Source of the DNA: Chrysomallon squamiferum
Taxonomy: Eukaryota > Animalia > Mollusca
Reading direction: 5' to 3'
Assembly (NCBI GenBank): GCA_012295275.1
Contig: CM022672.1
Coordinates: 10,106,001 to 10,170,000 of the forward strand
DNA: 64,000 nt
In this document: positions 54,668 through 64,000 of the stretch, one piece after another
Layout of the letters: each line of letters opens with the position of its first letter
Numbering within the stretch: the stretch's first letter is position 1
Program-made: the position numbers and the translations under genes
Notes under the pieces: model-generated
The model's database searches: none
What the model saw: the letters and a program-made list of their open reading frames with translations, nothing else
What the model was told of the DNA's origin: nothing

Positions 54668-57184
54668 ATGGAAAAGCAATACACTGTGAAGTTTTTTACG
54701 TCCTTCGTGGACCACTTACAAGAGTTGTGTCGAACCTCATTTCAGTTTGACCAGACAGTGGAGGTAAGTGGATATATATGTATCGAGGTGGACAACTCCA
54801 AGAAGGAACGTTATGTGTTGAGTGAAGTGATCCACAATTATGGCAATGTTGTCAGTGAAAGCTTTTGTCACAAAGCTTTCAAGACATCCAGCAAAAGTCT
54901 TCAGTACCAAAGGCAGCAGTCTGGCAAGACCTTTCCGTTTGAGAAAGAAAACAGCGTACAGCGGTCAGCGGATGAGCGAAGTCGTCTCAAGCCGAGAAGT
55001 CGAGATGAAGCAGCAGCGGGGTATCCCTACTCCCAGCAGTCAGCTTTACAGGCTCGACACCTTGCAAACAGAGCTCATCTTCATCAAAGATCTGGAAGTT
55101 TGTCGCATTTGCATGATGCTTCAGTGAGATCCACCAAGGAAGAGAGATCATCCCACACCCAGTCATGTCAGTATCAGTCCAGTTCAAAACTTCCCAGCTT
55201 TGCTGAGATGGCTGGCCAGCCACCCAATCCAAAGATGCCTCGCATGTCAGCTAACACTGACTGGGTTGGGCTCGTTCCTTCTGTGACCCATTTAATTCCA
55301 CATCAGTCTCTTGGAAGTTCCACTGTCGGTAGTGCTTCTGGTACATACACCTCCTCATCAAACACATCCCTTAACCATTCATTATCCATGGCTAGAGGCT
55401 CACATTTATCAAACAGAACACCTGAGCGAAGAAGTTCAGGAGCATCATCTGCAGCTGTTTCTTTAGGAGAAGATGCAGATCGTATCATTGAAATAGACCT
55501 GGATGATTATGAGGATGATGATTTGAATCATGTCAATTCAAGCATTGGTAGTATGTCCAGCACTGCCGGACACATAAGTCAGTTCAGAAACTCAAGGGAT
55601 TCCATTCCAGATCGTCCTAAAACTGAACGTTTCATCCAGGCTAATATTAGATATGCTTTAAATTTGATAACACAGTTTCTGGAAGCTCGAGGGGAGAAGC
55701 GACAGATCCATTCAATTCCTCCTGATGAGCTTGACAGCTACCTCTCAGTGTTTTATACCACAGTGCGCAAAAGTAATGGCGATGAGTTCCAACCCACCTC
55801 TTTTAAAACGGTTCAAAACCACATTGACAGGTACCTCAGGGAGAACAAGTATCCATATTCAATAACCAAAGATTCAGTTTTTGAGCAGTCACAGAATGCA
55901 TTCAGAAAGAAACGCGATCAGCTCATTCAGACCGGGTCTGGAACATCCAGAGCGAACCCGATGAAACATGGCGATGTGGACATGCTGTTTGAAAGAAAAC
56001 AACTGGGAGGACACACACCCAATGCTCTCATCAACACAATGTGGTTTATGAACAGTGCCTTCTTTGGCATCTGTTCACACCAGGAGCATCACAGTCTAAA
56101 CTGGGGCGATATCCTGCTGGGTCGAGATCCAAGCGGCAGGGAATGCTTGACTTACATATGTCGAACACAACCAAACAAAGTTCTGACAATTTACGCACAG
56201 CCCGACACACCCTCCAAGTGTTTCTTGTCCTACTATAAACAGTACATGGCAGCAAGACCTCAAGACATGCTAACCCCTCAGTCTCCTTTCTACCTGGCTA
56301 TTAATCCTACCTGTACACTGGACGACGGCGAAGACTTTGGTAAAGTGTTTAAATCGGAACGTATTTGTCCAGAACGTCTCATGAACGTCGTGCAAATGAT
56401 GATGTCTCCAGATTCAGAGAATAACGACAGCAGCGAGGCAGCAGACTTCGGACGACCGGCCGCTTCTGGCAGTAACCACACCGACAACGGCAGTCAACAC
56501 ATTGGTAATGACGAGCGCCAGACAAAGCTGGAATGTCAGCAGGTGAATAATGACAGGCGTCGCGCGTTGGACGGGAATATGAACATTGACAGTGAAGGTC
56601 GACATATCGGCGAAGGTCAGCCGTCAGACGAAGGTCAGAGTCAACGTCTAGATGATGTTCATGGAAGGCACATTGGCGAAAGTCGACAAATCGGTGAAAA
56701 CCGACTGATGGATGATAGTCACATCCGACAGCTTGGTGAATGTCGACAAATGGGTGATACGGTATTGATGGGTGATGGTCATAGTCGACTGTTGGATGAC
56801 CGTCACAATCGATCGATTGGCGGCGAAAGTCGACAGATCGGTGAAGGACAACTCATGGATGGCAGTCAAAGTCGACAGATTGGTGATAATCGACTCATGG
56901 ATGGCAGTCAAAGTCGACAGATTGGTGATAATCGACTCATGGATGGCAGTCAAAGTCGACAGATTGGTGAAAATCGACTCATGGATGGCAGTCAAAGTCG
57001 ACAGATTGGTGATAATCGACTCATGGATGGCAGTCAAAGTCGACAGATTGGTGAAAATCGACTCATGGATGACGGTCATAGTCGACAGAGTGATGACGGC
57101 GATGATTCACACATTGATGCGCAAATTAAAAGTGAGATTCATCCCATTTCCTTCGATTCCTTATCTGAAGACATGGACACTTGA
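54668..57184 (+). CDS. DUF3504 / Crypton tyrosine-recombinase-derived protein (KIAA1958/QRICH1/ZMYM-like domain), ~838 aa, single coding exon
   Basis: 2.5-kb open frame with Kozak ACCATGG at 54668. The region ~55610-56404 has the family hallmarks ELDSYLSVFYTTVRKSNGDEFQPTS, IDRYLRENKY, QLGGHTPNALINTMWF, FGxxxxxEHxxLxWGD and YYKQYMAARP..SPFYLAI. It also has a ~70-aa globular N-terminal domain, a Ser-rich linker and C-terminal repeats. Confidence 0.92.
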   Translation: MEKQYTVKFFTSFVDHLQELCRTSFQFDQTVEVSGYICIEVDNSKKERYVLSEVIHNYGNVVSESFCHKAFKTSSKSLQYQRQQSGKTFPFEKENSVQRSADERSRLKPRSRDEAAAGYPYSQQSALQARHLANRAHLHQRSGSLSHLHDASVRSTKEERSSHTQSCQYQSSSKLPSFAEMAGQPPNPKMPRMSANTDWVGLVPSVTHLIPHQSLGSSTVGSASGTYTSSSNTSLNHSLSMARGSHLSNRTPERRSSGASSAAVSLGEDADRIIEIDLDDYEDDDLNHVNSSIGSMSSTAGHISQFRNSRDSIPDRPKTERFIQANIRYALNLITQFLEARGEKRQIHSIPPDELDSYLSVFYTTVRKSNGDEFQPTSFKTVQNHIDRYLRENKYPYSITKDSVFEQSQNAFRKKRDQLIQTGSGTSRANPMKHGDVDMLFERKQLGGHTPNALINTMWFMNSAFFGICSHQEHHSLNWGDILLGRDPSGRECLTYICRTQPNKVLTIYAQPDTPSKCFLSYYKQYMAARPQDMLTPQSPFYLAINPTCTLDDGEDFGKVFKSERICPERLMNVVQMMMSPDSENNDSSEAADFGRPAASGSNHTDNGSQHIGNDERQTKLECQQVNNDRRRALDGNMNIDSEGRHIGEGQPSDEGQSQRLDDVHGRHIGESRQIGENRLMDDSHIRQLGECRQMGDTVLMGDGHSRLLDDRHNRSIGGESRQIGEGQLMDGSQSRQIGDNRLMDGSQSRQIGDNRLMDGSQSRQIGENRLMDGSQSRQIGDNRLMDGSQSRQIGENRLMDDGHSRQSDDGDDSHIDAQIKSEIHPISFDSLSEDMDT
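56828..57088 (+). repeat. Coding 42-bp (14-aa) tandem repeat, 6 copies plus a partial copy
   Basis: The unit agtcgacagattggtgataatcgactcatggatggcagtcaa encodes SRQIGDNRLMDGSQ. More degenerate units extend back to ~56590. Confidence 0.95.
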
Positions 57185-57297
57185 AAGATGAAGAAATTAT
57201 TTTGACTTTTACTTCTTTTATTTTCTAAATTATTATTATTATTTTTTTTTTTTTTCATTTATTTATTTATTGTTATTATTTTTTATAATTGTTATTG

Positions 57298-57334
<37 letters not shown>

Positions 57335-57548
57335 CATCATTATTATTATTATTTAACTTATTTAACAGCTGTCAGTCAACACATTTGTGTTTATAATATA
57401 TACACGTTGTATGTGTCAGAAGGGTTCATTTAATGTAAAAAAAAAAAAAAAAAAATATTATTACTTTTATACGGTTTCTTATTCAAAATTTGTTCTTTTT
57501 TATCATCATCATCATTATCATTATCATTATTATTATTTTTATTTTTTA

Positions 57549-57591
<43 letters not shown>

Positions 57592-58826
57592 TTTAAACTT
57601 AAACGTGTTCCCTACAGACAGTGTAGAAAAGATTCATTGTTGGCAGGGGGTGAAATGGAAGACACTGCTACTGGAATGTTCAGATCGGACGTCTGTAGAA
57701 AACTTGTTTACTGCTTCGTGCATTTCGTAATCCAGGCTGTTGTACAAAATTGATATGTTACCGGAGAAATAAAGGGCCAGTCCATAAATGAATGATTTGT
57801 ACCCTCAATAATAACAACCAGAGTAACAATCACGCAATTTCAGAGAGTTAATGAACGAAAACAAGCGATTCTTGCGGTTTCATTTGTTTATCATCATCTT
57901 ACTAAGTAAAGGTTGTGGGCGATAATTCAGTGTGTGTTTGTATTTAAATATAACAACTCATGCTAATAAGCGATATTTTTGTTAGGTAATTGGGATCGCC
58001 ACCAAAGAATGAAATAAATTTAACTAAAACAAATTTTAATGACAATTTTTATAATTATGTGACAATAAAGATTAAATATAATTATTTACGGAATAATTTT
58101 CTTTGTAAATCCATGAATCATTTATGGAAAAAGCCCTATATTGTTGTTTTGTTGTTGTTTTTTTAAATTACTTAAGATCTGCATAATATGAATTAAACTG
58201 TAATTTTTTTAAAGATCTGTTAATGTATTTTGCCATCCGTGTTAGTTAATATTACCCAGTATCTTCATCATTCGTTGTATCGTATATATTTATAATTAAG
58301 CGCAACTGGTGTTTATTATATATACATATACATATGTATAATTAACGACTTCCACGTAGTAAGCCTGTATCTTACTAGTCATGTTTATTCTGTCGTATTA
58401 TAAAGTATATACTGTTTTTAATACATGTGCATGTATTGTATTGTTTGGTTGGTTTCCTTTTCATATGCATAATAAGTTAGAAATAGACTGTAGTTTTTGA
58501 TGTACTATACGTAGAGGCAGAATGTAAACAGAAACTATGTCAATTTTTTCATTTTACTTCAATAAAATATATGTGTGTGTTTATAACGAGTTCGTTGTTT
58601 GTGTAAACCAAAAAAATAATAATAATAATAAAAAAATATATATACAGTTTAAACAAAAAAATAAATAATAATAATAATCGTTTTCTGCTGAATAGAACCA
58701 TAACATTTTAAACAGAGACAAAGTTATAAAATTAATTTTATCTTTATGCTTACATCTTAATGAATTAATCGCATTGCAGTTTTAAAAGTCGGAATAGCGT
58801 TTTCTTGTGTTACTGTTTATATTTGC

Positions 58827-58869
<43 letters not shown>

Positions 58870-61505
58870 TGCGTGTTTATGTTTGTATGTGTTGTTTGTA
58901 ACGCTGATATAAGAAGACCTTCTTTTTCATGAGATTCTTTTGTACTACGAAAAGGTTTCTTGCATGCACTGACTACGGCCCATGGATAAATCAGTCATAA
59001 TAGAAGCTTATCAAGATTGGATGAAATTACTGGTGATAACTGGCGTCATTTTATTCTACGTTTATATTGCATACTAAAATGTCAACTTGCCTGTCAAATC
59101 CAGATGATGGCGTCAGCTTGCTTCTGTTAATCAAAGCAGATGACGTAGAGTCAGTTGTATTTGCTATCTGAGAAAAGAAAACACTGTGGAGAAAACTAAT
59201 AAAAGAATGGTTAATTAAATGCATGCACCCAGATTAACGATTTTATGTTAGTAGCGACCTTCTCAATATTATTTTTATATATATATATATATATCATCAC
59301 TATGATCATCAAAATACGCCATTGAAGAAAATAGCTTCTAACATGCCACCATTTACCTGAATGTATTATTATTATTACTATTATTATTACTATTATTATT
59401 GATTTTTTTATTTGATTTTGATTTTGATTTATTGATTTTTTTTTTTTTTTAATTTTTTTTTTTTAGTAGTATTATTATTTTTTTTTTTTTTTATTTTTTT
59501 TAGTATTATTATTATTTTTGGATTTTTGGATTTTGTTTTTAGTATTATTATTATTATTTTTTTTTTTTTTTTTTTTTAGCTCAGAACGTACATACCATAA
59601 TCTTTCAGGAAATTGTTTGGAATGGGAAAATAACAGAGAATGACTTTATTTCAAGAGAATCTCTATCACTTGTTTTGTATAATTCGTGTAAGGATCAAAC
59701 ATCCACAAAAAGCCTGCAGCGTATCGAAACAGCCGGCACAGCTTGTTAGTGTACATATTGACTAATACAACATGCAAGGGCACGAAGCGGTTTAAATAAA
59801 TAACTGGTTGTTTGTAGAATAACTTAACGTAAGCGACATGAAAGAAAGGGGAAAAAAAGCTAGTAATATAATGCAGACAACGAGACCATCGTCAATATCG
59901 ATTGTTTATTTCCGCTTATTTGTCACACACACACATATACACACATATATATACACACATACACACATACATACATACATACATACATACATACATACAT
60001 AAAAACATGCAAACATATATACACACATATAAAGGAAAATCTATTTTTTTATTTGTTTTTTTTCCTAATATCAGCAAATATGTAAATGATAGATACATAA
60101 AGAGGTTATGAATTTTATTAATTTATTACACAAATTACGTTCTTCAGTAACAGCTGCTGGTGATAGTGTGTCAAAATATTCCCTGCAAAACAAACTTCAG
60201 TTGTCAACGAATAAGTATTAAAATTATGTTTAATAAAACCACGCGACGTATTTATGGTTATTATACATCGTTTAGTTCATATTTTTTTTTCGAAAGAGGA
60301 GAGATTCCCTTTTCCACTTAGGTCCTGGATCATTGACTTAAGCAGTGAGAATATTAATATCTACGGCCGTTCATAACCCAGTTGTGAGACTCGAGCTGGA
60401 ACGGAAAATAACGTTATGGCAGTACTGATAAGGAAGTATTATTACATCAGTGGTCCGTACCAGAAACTGTGACCTTGAGTTGTTAGTCCCTTTCATAAAA
60501 CGTTGTACCTAAAAGTATGGGAGGAAAAAAATCCAAATAGTTAGATACATTTTATTTTATAAATCTTTACTGCCTTGGATTAATTATAAAATACTATTAC
60601 TAATAAGAAGAAGAAAAAAGAAGAAGAAGAAGAAGAAGAAGAAGAAGAAAAATGGTCATCGATAAAAAAATTTAAAAAAAGAGTAAAAAAAAGTAAAATA
60701 AAAATAGCAACAACAACAATAATAATAATAATGAAGATGATAATAACAACAACCGGAATGATGTTGATGATGATGGTATTACTACTACTACTACTACTTC
60801 TACCACAACAACAACAACTACTGCTACAACTACTGCTACAACTACTACTACCAATACTACTACTACGACTACTACGACTGCTACTAATAATAATAACTAA
60901 CAGAACAATGGCTTGTCAGGAAAACAGTCATAAATAATATCTTATCGGCGCTGCGACAAGAGTTCAAATACTGACAGGTACCGGTCGCGACATAAAGTCA
61001 ATACAAACAGCAGACTGCAATTATCGCTAGCGCCTGCTCCGGCAGTAATGCACAGCGTCACGAGTTCTCTGGAGAGGCGACTGTTTATTACCACACACCT
61101 CTCCTAGATTAGTTTACCAGGCAGTCTATCACATTTCCCACTGAAACGTTTTCTCAATCCGTCACTGCCTAACAAACACTGGGAAACACGTCGTTATTAA
61201 TAAAATATCATTATTTTAGTAGGGAATTTTTTTGGTGTCGGTTGTTGAAATCTGTTCCGTGTGTTATCTTGTATTCTACTTTTCTTCGAAACGGCTTCGG
61301 CAGCGAGGATTGTGTCGTGTGAACTTCATGCAGTCACGCTGAGATTACGCTGAAACAGATGCAAACGTGTCAGATTTCTCGCTCTGAGCCAAGAAGTGTT
61401 CGAGAACGTTTTTTAACTGAGAAAAAAAAAAAACCCGTCTAATCTTTAAAACGTATTTTCGCCACATTATTCTGTTATATGCTGGCTCTCTGACTGGGTT
61501 TGCAA

Positions 61506-61521
61506 ATGTCGAAGATAAAAG
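61506..61521 (+). CDS. Tetraspanin coding exon 1 (predicted start, MSKIK)
   Basis: ATG TCG AAG ATA AAA G followed by a consensus donor AAG|GTAAGT. Phase 1 fits the acceptor at 61794. It is preceded by a CpG-rich, 5'UTR/promoter-like stretch. Confidence 0.65.
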
Positions 61522-61794
61522 GTAAGTGAGAAGCTTTATTTATTATTCATTTTTTTTTTTTTTTTTTTTTTTTAATCGTAAAAGTATTTAATTATTACTC
61601 AGTTTTCGACATAATTTGTTGTAAATATGTATATATTTTTTCACATTTACAAACACATACCCATACACATAATGAAACTCGTTTTGTATCTGTAATTTAA
61701 TGGGGAAACCCCATGTTTTTTAACTCCTGGATACAACCTTGACATTTTTCTTCATATTTATACTTATATATATATTTATTTATTTATACTGCAG

Positions 61795-62108
61795 CGCCAT
61801 TGGCCAGTTCGGACGATGACTCTTCATTTGAATTGGAACCGGTTTGGGTTCTAAGGGACTCTGTAGAAATCACGACGTCATCACCTACAGGTTGTTCCGA
61901 AACTCATTTAAAGGGCTCGCCACATTCGGAGATTGGAGAGTTAAGTATCAGGCAGAGGGAGAATGTCATATCAAAAGTTAATCAAGCCAACTCGAAAGAA
62001 TCGTTGCTGTCTGCGAAGGAAAGAGAAAGACGATTCTACAGAAGACGAGCCAGATTCATAGATTTCATTGTAAAATATTCATTATTTGTGTCTAATTTTT
62101 TATTTTGG
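61795..62108 (+). CDS. Tetraspanin (TspanC8-like, TSPAN33/5/15-related) coding exon 2
   Basis: Acceptor tactgcag. The frame is open and ends in the TM1 signature VKYSLFVSNFLFW, followed by donor GTAAGT at 62109 (phase 0). Confidence 0.88.
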
Positions 62109-62614
62109 GTAAGTTTTTACAATTACAGCTATTCCAAGTATTATGTTTATGAATTATTTTAGGTCTGTTTTTTTTTTTTTCTCCTAATCTTGGATTCCGA
62201 TGTTTTAACTCAATTGAACTTTTCGATTCTTTGATTCTTCTGGATTATTTATCATTAATTTTATCTATCTATATGTATGTGTATGTACGTGTGTGTGTGT
62301 GTGTGCACACATATATAATATGTCTCTCTTTGAATGTCTGTCTGTTTATTTATTTTACTTTTTTAAAATTATTTATTTTTTATTATTATTATTTATTTAG
62401 TTGTTTTTTATGTTGGATTTTTTTTTTTTTTTTTTTTTTATTTATTATTTGCATATACATATTTACAATACTAACAACTAATAATACCAGAGATATTCTT
62501 AAAAACACATGCATGGACTCCTACTAATGTATAATACAGTAGATACTATCCAGTTACCGATCATTTGCTATCTGTTATGTTATCGTCTCAATAATTCATG
62601 TATTTTCAATTCAG

Positions 62615-62803
62615 TTTGCTGGTGTTGGCGCTGTAGGTTTCGGCTGCTGGCTTTTGCTTGACAAAGGTAAGATAATCACAAACGGAATGTACTTCTTCTT
62701 TGATCCAGCTCTCATGTCCATTGCGAACGGATGTGTCGTGTTTTCTGTTGCCTTCTTTGGATGCCTTGGCGCCCTGAGGGAGAATTTATTACTTCTGAAA
62801 ATT
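62615..62803 (+). CDS. Tetraspanin coding exon 3 (end of TM1, small loop, TM2, start of TM3); the gene continues beyond the window
   Basis: Acceptor attcag. The 189 nt encode FAGVGAVGFGCWLLLDKGKIITNGMYFFFDPALMSIANGCVVFSVAFFGCLGALRENLLLLKI, followed by donor GTAAGT. GCxGALREN is the tetraspanin hallmark, and DP before TM2 is typical of TspanC8. This exon is absent from the ORF track. Confidence 0.93.
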
Positions 62804-63824
62804 GTAAGTCACATTACTAACTAACTAGTGTAGCGTGTTTGATGATGTTTTCAGTGTTTCGAGTTTTGTGTTGGTGTGTGCTTGCATAGACAAGAAGGTA
62901 CTGTGCGCAGATTTAATGAGTGCCTCAGTTATAATACATACTGTTAGTTACACAAAAACACTGTTAATTGTGTTCATACGTGTTCTCAGATTTCTAAAAC
63001 CAGTTAATGTTTCTCAGACGTGCATTATGGTTTTAAGCACTCAGAATTTTTCTTATGAACACAAATCTGAACACCTGCATAAACAAGACAGATATACACT
63101 TGTACAAAATATTCTGCATACTATGCTGGAAGATACGTGATAAGCTTTTTTTGCATGATAAACACGTCTCTAATTTGTGAATATGTTGTTCATTTGGGGA
63201 TAGATAGAACGGCTTGTTTGATGTTTGTTCTTTATATCTGGTTTATATCATCATCATCATCATCATCATTATTATTAAATCTGTTGTTATTATTACTGTT
63301 GATGTTGTTGTTGATGTTGTCCTTGTCATTGTCGCTGTTGTTGTTGTTGTTATTGAACGTAATATTAGGAATGAACACTAGTGATCAATATCTACTGATG
63401 AAGTTAATATAAAAATTAGAATATTCCATTAGATAATAATAAACTGATTCCAATATAATGAAGTAGTAGACAGTCAGTGCACAGACACACACGCACATGC
63501 ATACGCAGTCAAACAATTGCCATTAAGCATACACACACGCATACACACACACACACATATATATATATATAAAAACAGACACAAACAGTACATTCATTGA
63601 TTACTAGGTTTGAAAATATCAATATTTCTGTTTTCAACTATTTGGTATTAAAGAAGTAATGGACATGACTGATATTTATTTAACCTAAAAATATATGGTC
63701 AATATTTTATTTCCTTTCTCGAAAATTCAGTAAAATGAGTTATTATGTACATTTATAGTCAGATAAAACCTTATTATCGTTATCATTATCAATATTATCA
63801 CAACTCCATTATTATTATTATTAT

Positions 63825-63856
<32 letters not shown>

Positions 63857-63882
63857 TTTGAGAGATACACAGATAGAGAAAG

Positions 63883-63889
<7 letters not shown>

Positions 63890-63962
<73 letters not shown>

Positions 63963-64000
63963 AGGGAGAGGGAGAGGGAGAGGGAGAGGGAGAGGGAGAG
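63890..64000. repeat. (AG)n grading into (AGGGAG)n microsatellite
   Basis: Directly visible at the window end. Confidence 0.95.

Noticed and set aside
54668-57184. Active Crypton transposon or phage integrase
   Set aside because: The catalytic Arg is substituted and the HxxR and Tyr regions are absent. No termini are visible, and the ORF has host-gene features (upstream acceptor, Kozak ATG, CpG-depleted upstream intron).
56046-57191. Alternative-frame and antisense ORFs over the DUF3504 gene (e.g. 56648-57079 minus, 56772-57191 plus)
   Set aside because: They are shadows of the main CDS. A stop-free 42-bp unit keeps other frames open automatically.

Overview
Eukaryotic, AT-rich, microsatellite-dense genomic DNA with spliceosomal introns, most likely from a mollusc (gastropod-like; this is inferred from recalled protein and repeat families and is unverified). 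Most ORFs in the supplied track are translations of simple repeats. Four protein-coding genes are supported. Two are divergently oriented alpha-1,2-fucosyltransferase (GT11) paralogues with the same two-coding-exon structure. Copy A (minus strand, 30342-35852) has a frameshift immediately before an intact HIRRGD motif. Copy B (plus strand, 49233-50822) is an open frame spliced through a GC-AG intron, but its donor-binding motif is altered to HVREPD. The third gene (54668-57184) has a single coding exon and encodes an ~838-aa protein that joins an uncharacterised N-terminal domain to a catalytically dead, truncated Crypton/DUF3504 tyrosine-recombinase-derived domain and a young 14-aa tandem repeat. 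The fourth is the first three coding exons of a TspanC8-like tetraspanin with a long N-terminal tail, which runs off the window end. Also present are a Tigger/pogo transposon remnant, a complete 570-bp pogo/Tc2-type MITE, degenerate interspersed-repeat fragments, a 28-bp minisatellite and several local duplications. No well-supported coding gene was found in the first ~30 kb. No CRISPR array, rRNA or tRNA was recognised.
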